Positions 57,345 to 64,000 of a stretch of 64,000 nt of DNA are shown here, piece by piece. Origin of the DNA: a virus; IMG/VR virus record IMGVR_UViG_3300031999_001882, positions 32,001 through 96,000 of that record. The stretch is one strand, 5' to 3'. A model generated the notes under the pieces. That model was not told where the DNA came from and did not search any database. It saw only the letters and a list, made by a program, of their open reading frames with translations. How positions within the stretch are numbered: the first letter of the stretch is position 1; each line of letters begins with the position of its first letter. The position numbers and the translations under genes are program-made.

Positions 57345-57883
57345 ACAGCCTCCCTTTCAGTTTTCTGATATTCAGCTTCGGTTTTTTGATGGCACGACTT
57401 ACAAAGAGTTTTTAAGTTGTTAAGGTCATTGTTGTGCGAAATCCTCCACGGAACAATATGGTGAACATCTAAAATCGGATGATGGTTGCTGGCGTTTCTT
57501 TGGCACTTATAGCCATCTCTTTCAAGGCACATTGCCTTTTGATCGTCCCAATCTTCTCCACGATAAAAACTTATTCCGCCAAGCCATCGGCCATTGCCGC
57601 TACCACTTATTTTTTTGGAATGCTCTGGTCTAAATTCTCCTCGCGCCGCAGTAGCCATCGGGCGAATGCGATCCAGCCATTGAGACGACCATTTCCTATG
57701 CGCCTTTGTATGGTTGCATGGCTTACCCGTCTTGGCGACGCTGATTTTGTCGCCCCAAGTAACGGGTCTTTGCTTCGCCAAAATACTCACCTTTTTGCGC
57801 CACGAAAGGTCATGTGAATTTATATTGTTGCGATGCCATCTCTTGAATTCCGGCGATGACTTTGGCATACATTGTGGCCTCAT
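57335..57883 (-). CDS. HNH endonuclease
   Basis: N..W.GG, ERDGYKC, VHHIVP...N...NL.TLC..CH. Confidence 0.88.
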   Translation of the reverse strand: MRPQCMPKSSPEFKRWHRNNINSHDLSWRKKVSILAKQRPVTWGDKISVAKTGKPCNHTKAHRKWSSQWLDRIRPMATAARGEFRPEHSKKISGSGNGRWLGGISFYRGEDWDDQKAMCLERDGYKCQRNASNHHPILDVHHIVPWRISHNNDLNNLKTLCKSCHQKTEAEYQKTEREAVCR

Positions 57884-58530
57884 GGCTTGTCCTTTTCAGT
57901 TTCTTTTTCGAGGACCATGCCATAAACCGCAAGCTGGTCCACATGACAATCAATGTCAAATTCACGGCTCCGTAGGATGTCTGGTGGGATGACAGGAGCG
58001 ACCCCCCAATTCCCCGCGAACTTCAAGAACTTCTCCATCGGGAAATCGTAAGGACTCGGCTCAATGCTCACATCCACCGTCAGATAAAATTTCCCTCCCG
58101 GTTTAAGAACCCTCATGCACTCGTTCACGCTTTCCAACGGATCATCGCCGACGTGCTCCAAAACGCTGATACAGTAAACTGCGTCGAAGGAAGCGTCTGG
58201 GAAAGGCATCTTGCGAATGTCGGCCACCACCGCCGTCAAATTCGCAAACTCCTTTTCATGCGATGTCACCGCCGGGTCGATATCCACGTTGAACACTTTT
58301 TTGACCTTCTTGCAGAGATACTTCTGCAAGCAAGAATGACCCGCGCCAGCGTCCAACACAACCATGTCGTCCTTGAGTTCTCCGCTTTGCAAGAGCACCC
58401 ACGGATATTCCCATTGACGACTCCACGCCAGACGACCCTTGTTCAAGGTTTCCAAGTCCCTTTTCAGGTTCTTGAATTCCGGCTTGTCGAGGTCTGTTTT
58501 CAGACCGTATGTGTAGGCCACTAATTTCAT
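57880..58530 (-). CDS. Class I SAM-dependent methyltransferase
   Basis: R.WEYPW, VLDAGAG, FDAVYCISVLEH, RVLKPGG. Confidence 0.9.
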   Translation of the reverse strand: MKLVAYTYGLKTDLDKPEFKNLKRDLETLNKGRLAWSRQWEYPWVLLQSGELKDDMVVLDAGAGHSCLQKYLCKKVKKVFNVDIDPAVTSHEKEFANLTAVVADIRKMPFPDASFDAVYCISVLEHVGDDPLESVNECMRVLKPGGKFYLTVDVSIEPSPYDFPMEKFLKFAGNWGVAPVIPPDILRSREFDIDCHVDQLAVYGMVLEKETEKDKP

Positions 58531-59435
58531 ATGCCTCGTTCAGTCACCGTCAATTCATGCGCCCAATAAGCGCCTTCCTTGCCGTCGTCCCATTTCACGA
58601 TGAATGAGCCGTCCTTGTTTTTCTTGGAAACAACGCCCTTGTGTCCGGCCTTAACGACGTGCGCCCGGCGAGACACGGGTTGATAGGACTCGTCCTTGGG
58701 AATTGTCACCGACGCTTTGCGCTCCATCTTCGGAAGGCTCAGAACCGAGAGCACCGCGCTGGCAATACGAAGCGATGCTTCGCGCCGCTTGTTTTTCTCG
58801 ATGAACTGATCGAGCGTGGTTTTTTCCTCGGTCGCCGCGCCGTATTTACGAAACGTGCAGTAATCCTTCTTCGTCGCCGTCTGATAGAACGGGCAGGACT
58901 CCCCGGTAGTCGTCCCGCGACACGCATGAATCTCGATCCGCTTGTCGTCGATAGGGCATACCGGATGCTCGTCTTTCAGCTCGGCGGCCACTTCAATGCC
59001 AGCCTTCGGATGCTTCATCTGCGCGAGCTGGACAATCGCCACACCGCTTTCCCAATCCAAATCAAGAATGTTGGCCTGCTTCTGACCGTATTTCTTGGTG
59101 ATGTGGGCGAGCACGTCTCGCTTGACCGTCTCCGCATTCCAATCCTGATTGTTTTCATCAATCAAGTCCCATTGAGCCGCGATAAATAAGGAATCATCGT
59201 CGGAAGAATAGTGCGACCATTGCTCCGTCACCTTTCCGGCTGACACGACCGCAGGAACTTCGTTAGGTTCTTGCGCCGCCGGACGAGCCTCCCACGTCAT
59301 TGACCCGTCGGGAAGTTTTGAGAGCTTCCATTTCTTGCCTGCGCCGGGATCGCTGGATGGCTTGGGCGAAATGTTCTGAGCCGCCTTGCTGGTTTGTTGC
59401 TCCTTTAATGTTTGGAGCCGTTCTTTTATGTTCAT
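58527..59435 (-). CDS. Hypothetical multi-segment protein
   Basis: GGAGGAGG RBS; Cys cluster (CP...C...CPFY...C) and C-terminal SH3-like segment. Confidence 0.7.
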   Translation of the reverse strand: MNIKERLQTLKEQQTSKAAQNISPKPSSDPGAGKKWKLSKLPDGSMTWEARPAAQEPNEVPAVVSAGKVTEQWSHYSSDDDSLFIAAQWDLIDENNQDWNAETVKRDVLAHITKKYGQKQANILDLDWESGVAIVQLAQMKHPKAGIEVAAELKDEHPVCPIDDKRIEIHACRGTTTGESCPFYQTATKKDYCTFRKYGAATEEKTTLDQFIEKNKRREASLRIASAVLSVLSLPKMERKASVTIPKDESYQPVSRRAHVVKAGHKGVVSKKNKDGSFIVKWDDGKEGAYWAHELTVTERGI

Positions 59436-59472
59436 GTGTGAGCCTCCTCCTTGAAATCTCGGAAAATCATCG

Positions 59473-61452
59473 TCACTCTGATTGGCAAAGTGATCGTCGC
59501 TTCAAATAATCATCCAACGACAAAATATCCATATCCGTCGCATCCTTGGGATCGAAGTTGACGATCACACGCCACTCGTTCCTTGGAGGACTCCACACCG
59601 AATACGCCTCGTCAAACTGCCTGCACGTTCCTGTCTTTTCATCACCCACAAGCAGGAATCCATTACGATCACGGTTTTCTTCTGACGGTGCGCCGGGCGG
59701 CAAATCAGGTTTTTTCGATTCAGGTTTCGTTTCCTTCTTCGTCGGCTTTCCGGGTTCTTGAGGAGCTTGCTGAATGCGCTTGCCATGCGCCTGCTCCTTC
59801 AACGCCTCATAGCGCGGCTGGACGACCTGCCAAATCTCGCCAGACGCATGGGCGACCTGCTCCTCGACTTCCGGCGGATTCATGTATGCCCCGATATACT
59901 CCCGAAATTCGTTGGTGGCTTCGTCGGCGATCTCTTGCGGGTCCACAAACTGAAACTCGCCGTCATCGGTGTCGTTGTTCAGACCCCACCACATCGTCTC
60001 ATCGGCCCATTGAAGCGTTCCGGCGGCTTCGTACAGGCCCGTGCTTTCGACGAAATTCTCCTTCACGATCACAGGGGAATAATTCTCCGCTTTGCGCGTG
60101 ATGCCATAGTCCAGCCGGGACTTGAGCGCTTTGGACTCGTCGTAATAGCGGTAGTCCACATCCTTCAAAACCTCGGCCTCGGTTTTGTGCCGGACAAATT
60201 CGATCTCGTTCGGGTGAACCTCGAAGATGCTCTGGCCGTTGATGGGCTTTTCCCAGCGCACCACGATGTCGATGTCGGCCTCATGGTGAATTTTGGAGAT
60301 GGCAATGACCTCGCCTTCGGTGGCCGTATTGATATCCTTCACAATGTCGCCCACGGTCAGGGTGAGGGTCTTGCCGACTTCGGTACTGTGCTTGACCAGC
60401 GCATAGTTGCCGAAGCCATCCTGAACCATCGCGCCTTTGCGGATGAGGCCAAAGAGATGATCCATTGGGTAGCGCAGGCCGGACTTCTTGAACAGCTCCA
60501 CCAAATAAGGGGTGGCCCGGCGCATGAACTCGCGTTGCTGGCGCGGCGCGACCTCGCCATTGGCCTGTACCAAGAGCTTCAAAGCGGCCAACTCGGTCCG
60601 GTCCTTGACCACGGGCAGTAAATCTTCCAAGGCAAAGGCCAGACTGTGCCCGGTAACCTTGAACTGGCGGCGAATCCACGGGTTATAAACGGCCCGAACG
60701 AATAGGGGTGAAATATGGGCTTTTGGGGCGAAAAAAGCCACATGGAGGTTGTCGTTGTCCGGTAGTTCTTCCAACATAGAGGCCGGAACGCGCAGGGCCG
60801 CGATTTGGTAGCCCCTGTGTCCCGCCGCCGTACCCAGCGTGTCGGTCAGGGCCTCGCCTTCCCCGATGCCATTGGTCACCGGGTCAGCGAAGCGATCCAC
60901 CGCCGCATAGACCGTCACCAAGGCGGCCCGCGCCGGAACAGGGTCATCATTAAGCGCATGGTGAGGCAAGCCCAAGAATGCCTCCACCAAAGACCAAGCC
61001 TGATCTGCCTTTCCCTCGTCCAAAAGACGCTTGAAGCGCTGGATATGCTCATCGTCAGCCCTCTGGATGAACTTGGCCGTCTCCATGACCCCCATCCATC
61101 CGGGGTAAAAGAGCGACCAGCGCCGAACGCTGGCCCTGATCTCTCCCTGAACGCTGGAAATGCCCTTGATATGCTCCGGCGCGATGACGGCCTTGGCGAA
61201 GGCTCCAAGCGGCTCCACGATAACCACCGCCGACTCCGGCACATCCACCTCTACGACCACGGCATTGCCGCCCAAGACCTCTGGGAAAGCTTGCCGGAAG
61301 GCATTGCTGGCATTCACGCGCAGGCTGGCAAAGAACGCCGCCTCGCCCCGCGAAGCGGTGAGCCAAGCGGGTTGTCGGTACTCCCAATCGTAGAGGCCAT
61401 GCGCCTTGATCTTGTCGATGGCCTGATCTGTGGTTCCGTGATAAAGTTTCAT
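59473..61452 (-). CDS. Multidomain protein with N-terminal His-type ADP-ribosyltransferase-like domain
   Basis: LYHGT....I...GL, WLT.....A..FA, VVEV.V, I.PE.I. Confidence 0.6.
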   Translation of the reverse strand: MKLYHGTTDQAIDKIKAHGLYDWEYRQPAWLTASRGEAAFFASLRVNASNAFRQAFPEVLGGNAVVVEVDVPESAVVIVEPLGAFAKAVIAPEHIKGISSVQGEIRASVRRWSLFYPGWMGVMETAKFIQRADDEHIQRFKRLLDEGKADQAWSLVEAFLGLPHHALNDDPVPARAALVTVYAAVDRFADPVTNGIGEGEALTDTLGTAAGHRGYQIAALRVPASMLEELPDNDNLHVAFFAPKAHISPLFVRAVYNPWIRRQFKVTGHSLAFALEDLLPVVKDRTELAALKLLVQANGEVAPRQQREFMRRATPYLVELFKKSGLRYPMDHLFGLIRKGAMVQDGFGNYALVKHSTEVGKTLTLTVGDIVKDINTATEGEVIAISKIHHEADIDIVVRWEKPINGQSIFEVHPNEIEFVRHKTEAEVLKDVDYRYYDESKALKSRLDYGITRKAENYSPVIVKENFVESTGLYEAAGTLQWADETMWWGLNNDTDDGEFQFVDPQEIADEATNEFREYIGAYMNPPEVEEQVAHASGEIWQVVQPRYEALKEQAHGKRIQQAPQEPGKPTKKETKPESKKPDLPPGAPSEENRDRNGFLLVGDEKTGTCRQFDEAYSVWSPPRNEWRVIVNFDPKDATDMDILSLDDYLKRRSLCQSE

Positions 61453-62159
61453 TGTTTTAGCCCCGAAGTTCCCACTAAGAACTCCTCGCCCGGCGGAACC
61501 TGCTCCACCTGCGGCTGTGTCATTGGCCCGGTCACCCTTCTGAATGCCTCTGGGTCGATCTCCAAGACCATCAATTCCTCATCTGTCAGCGATTTGAGCC
61601 AGCTCAGCGTCTCTTGGTCAGTCTTTTGGACCAGATCAAGGACTGCTTCATCCTCCGGGGTCACATCTTCGGCATCGCCCCCGGCCAGACCCCAGCTATC
61701 CACTCGAACTACCGGAACATCGTCACGGCCATCGCAATAAACCAGCACCGAACACATCTTGTCGCCCGGATGACTGCGCTCAAAGAGCGGCGCGTCATGG
61801 GCCAACCCCTGCAAAAATTGGTTTAAGGTCCAGCGCTGGCCGCCCAGCGCCAAACACACATCATGGGTCGAAACTCCGCTATCCCATTCCACCGTGTCAT
61901 AGCCCCGGTGCAACAGGGTTTGGAGAAGGGGCCGCGATTTGTCCTTGCGGCGGTTCCCCGGCCCCGGACCCTCATAATTCGGCCCCGGAGCATCGCGGTG
62001 ATCCGGCCATGTCGACAGCCCAACAGGGGCCGGAGCCTTCGGCGCAACCGCCGGAGCACCCTGCCATTGCTCCAAACGCTTCCTGAACTGCCCGGCGCTT
62101 TCGCCCGGCTTTTTGCGCGGAATCTTGCTCTTTGGTTGCGCGATCACTACCCAGCCCAT
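61449..62159 (-). CDS. Protein with MuF-like Cys/His motif
   Basis: VEW...VC..L.G...SHP...C; weak resemblance only. Confidence 0.45.
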   Translation of the reverse strand: MGWVVIAQPKSKIPRKKPGESAGQFRKRLEQWQGAPAVAPKAPAPVGLSTWPDHRDAPGPNYEGPGPGNRRKDKSRPLLQTLLHRGYDTVEWDSGVSTHDVCLALGGQRWTLNQFLQGLAHDAPLFERSHPGDKMCSVLVYCDGRDDVPVVRVDSWGLAGGDAEDVTPEDEAVLDLVQKTDQETLSWLKSLTDEELMVLEIDPEAFRRVTGPMTQPQVEQVPPGEEFLVGTSGLKQ

Positions 62160-62186
62160 AAAACCCCTCTAAAAATCAATCCGTTT

Positions 62187-62224
62187 TGTTGTTCACAAAA
62201 ACGGCCATCCCAACGTAATCTTAG
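62187..62224 (+). promoter_or_regulatory. Third, diverged copy of the early promoter motif (TTCACA-N18-TAATCT)
   Basis: TGTTGTTCACA...AACGTAATCTTAG versus TGTTGTTCGCA...AACGTATCCTTAG; followed by AGGAGG RBS. Confidence 0.65.
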
Positions 62225-62239
62225 TCAGGAGGGCCGAAT

Positions 62240-62686
62240 ATGAAACGAGTCTGGTTTCCCCAATTAGAAAAATACGTTGATGTCATTGAGCCAGTCAAAA
62301 TTCAGGCTGAACGCGCCAAAGAGTCTTTCCTCGGCCAAATCAACGTCATTGATCTTCTTTTTCGGGTTATCGTTCTCATTTTCGTTGCCCTGCCACTTTC
62401 AACTTGGGTGCTCTACGTCTTTTTCACAACTTTCACGCTCAAAGGCGGACTGCTGATCCTTGCTATCGCGTGGTTCCTGATTGTCATGTGCGTCCTGTCC
62501 AACTGCAAACCGGGCGAAATCTCCGTCACCTTCGGCACTCTGCTCCAAGCCGCCCTGCTCCTGCCGTTCACTCTGCTCGCCACCGTTCTTCTGGCCGGGA
62601 CTCAGATCGGAACGGCCACCGCCATAGGCGGCGCTTATTCCATCCTCAATGAAGCTGTCCGCAAAGCCACCGACAAAAACATCTAA
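62240..62686 (+). CDS. Integral membrane protein, antisense to the late operon (moron-like)
   Basis: Three to four hydrophobic segments; own promoter and RBS; convergent stop overlap at 62683-62686. Confidence 0.75.
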   Translation: MKRVWFPQLEKYVDVIEPVKIQAERAKESFLGQINVIDLLFRVIVLIFVALPLSTWVLYVFFTTFTLKGGLLILAIAWFLIVMCVLSNCKPGEISVTFGTLLQAALLLPFTLLATVLLAGTQIGTATAIGGAYSILNEAVRKATDKNI

Positions 62687-63129
62687 GCGCTGTCCCTTGG
62701 CGGCTGAGTGTAGCGCTCGCCCTGCTCCGAATGCGGCGGTCCCTGCTGTCCGGGGTCTGTCAAAGGCTCGTTCTTCTTGATCTTAGGCCGTAGCCTGTCA
62801 CGTTCCCTTGTAAACCCGGTGGCCGCATCTTCCTCGCTTGCCGGGTCAGCGCCCATCGCACTTGGAGCCTCGCCCTCGCCATCATCAGTCACGTTGTCGC
62901 CTGTCTGCGTCACGGCATTGGCGGCTAACGCCCATCGCCCGCTTTCAAGGTCCGCTATGCGAATCACCATATGCGAGTCCAAGCCATACATCTTGCTCAT
63001 CAGGCCGATCTTCTCACCCTGAATCCAGCGCACGGTTCCCGACTGGACACCGCCGCGCTTGATGAGAAGATCACCCAGCTTTGGGCTGTTCATTTCGCTG
63101 AGCCTTGAACGCGAGCATTTGACCCACAT
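62683..63129 (-). CDS. Hypothetical protein (start uncertain)
   Basis: Co-oriented with the late region; disordered C-terminus. Confidence 0.55.
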   Translation of the reverse strand: MWVKCSRSRLSEMNSPKLGDLLIKRGGVQSGTVRWIQGEKIGLMSKMYGLDSHMVIRIADLESGRWALAANAVTQTGDNVTDDGEGEAPSAMGADPASEEDAATGFTRERDRLRPKIKKNEPLTDPGQQGPPHSEQGERYTQPPRDSA

Positions 63130-63283
63130 TATCGAACCTCGGACACTTGCCTCTGACCATTGCCTTCGTGCTGATAAAACAATGACACACCGTACAGCGC
63201 AATACCCCGATGTGAACCCCGACGATATCCTCTGTGCTGAGTGAACATTGGCTACAAACCTCCGTCGAAACTACGAACGGCAT
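63071..63283 (-). CDS. Small Cys-rich zinc-binding protein
   Basis: CSQC, RCTVCHCF...K...CP; GGAGG RBS. Confidence 0.55.
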   Translation of the reverse strand: MPFVVSTEVCSQCSLSTEDIVGVHIGVLRCTVCHCFISTKAMVRGKCPRFDNVGQMLAFKAQRNEQPKAG

Positions 63284-63413
63284 TGCTGGCCTCCTGTTTC
63301 TCTTTCTGTTTTCGGCGCTTCTTCATCAAGTGTGATTTGCAAACGACATGACCCTGCGCGGCCTTTTTCTTACAGAGCGGACAAAGGCCAAACCGTTTCA
63401 TCGCCTCGTACAT
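63252..63413 (-). CDS. Small basic zinc-finger protein
   Basis: Start reassigned to MYEAMK; GLCPLC...CKSH then Lys/Arg run. Confidence 0.5.
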   Translation of the reverse strand: MYEAMKRFGLCPLCKKKAAQGHVVCKSHLMKKRRKQKEKQEASNAVRSFDGGL

Positions 63414-63436
63414 GGATTCTGAACGAGGCTTCTTAC

Positions 63437-64000
63437 TTATTTTTTCTGAAAGTCCGATGGCACTAACCCCTTTTCGATATTGCCGATGATTGCGTCGTAG
63501 CAACCAGCGCAGTCGAATCGGTAATTCGCCAGCCGAATCAAGTCCACGTTATCGCCGAGCTTGGCAAGCTTCTGTGCCAGCTCCACGCACACCGCACTCA
63601 CATCCTTGTCGCCTTTGATAGCGGCAAATTTGCCAGCGAATTCCTTGTCCTTCGCCAGCCGAGCCATGAACGACTCCACCAAGACCTTCGCCAAGTTCGC
63701 TTCTTTGTCTGTCGAGACAACTTCCTTGACGGCGGCAGGAACTTTCACCGCGCCCATGATGGATTTCGTGCAGATGGCAAACGCCGATTCCTTCTTGGTG
63801 CGACCCTTCTGAGGCTTGAACGACTGATCGCCCATCTTGGATTCAACGCACCGATCAATCTTCCCGGCTTCCTCTTTGTCTTTTGCCAGCACGGTCAGCG
63901 TTCCTTCGCGCTTGTAATAGCCGCCAATGGCTTCACGCCAGCCAGACAATTCACGGGGTTTGACCCGATCCAGCGTCCGGGCGATGGTAGTGATGATCCT
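63437..64000 (-). CDS. 3' part of a hypothetical protein continuing beyond the window
   Basis: Frame open to the right edge; KIDRCV...SAFAIC motif. Confidence 0.65.
   Translation of the reverse strand, partial: RIITTIARTLDRVKPRELSGWREAIGGYYKREGTLTVLAKDKEEAGKIDRCVESKMGDQSFKPQKGRTKKESAFAICTKSIMGAVKVPAAVKEVVSTDKEANLAKVLVESFMARLAKDKEFAGKFAAIKGDKDVSAVCVELAQKLAKLGDNVDLIRLANYRFDCAGCYDAIIGNIEKGLVPSDFQKK

Larger units (their letters stand above)
1..64000. mobile_element. Segment of a large contractile-tailed bacteriophage genome (free phage or prophage not distinguishable)
   Basis: Canonical sheath-tube-chaperone-tape measure-baseplate-fibre-lysis order, dense overlapping genes, several homing-type endonucleases, no host housekeeping genes. 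Confidence 0.93.

Noticed and set aside
1-64000. Stop-codon reassignment
   Set aside because: The standard code gives full-length, tightly packed genes ending in TAA, TAG and TGA

Overview
The window looks like a 64-kb internal segment of a large contractile-tailed (myovirus-like) phage of a bacterium. Support for a bacterial host: GGAG ribosome-binding sites, sigma70-type promoters and a GH73 endolysin. No host genes, integrase, tRNA, rRNA or CRISPR array were recognised. 1-6.9 kb (minus strand) is an early/accessory region with an R-S-E ADP-ribosyltransferase-like gene, DUF932, an HExxH peptidase, an acidic Zn-ribbon protein and an HNH nuclease. 7.0-11.0 kb (plus strand) is a short DNA-metabolism unit: HARP-SNF2 helicase, DnaC-like ATPase and two HNH genes. 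11.1-64 kb (minus strand) is one long late region. Read from the right, it holds head-associated proteins, a methyltransferase plus a triple glycosyltransferase-TPR gene, two long Ser/Thr-rich coiled-coil proteins, neck, sheath, tube, a frameshifted chaperone, tape measure and baseplate. These are followed by about 21 kb of fibre/receptor-binding genes and a lysis cassette. Three things stand out. (i) A modular fibre system with repeated socket-like domains, related short N-terminal peptides, a 21-aa ORF made of that peptide alone, and near-identical DNA boxes flanking divergent carbohydrate-binding modules. (ii) A putative virion-glycosylation locus beside its candidate substrates. (iii) A promoter motif present three times, one copy driving an antisense membrane-protein gene inside the late region. 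All family calls come from motifs recognised by eye and from synteny; no database search was run.
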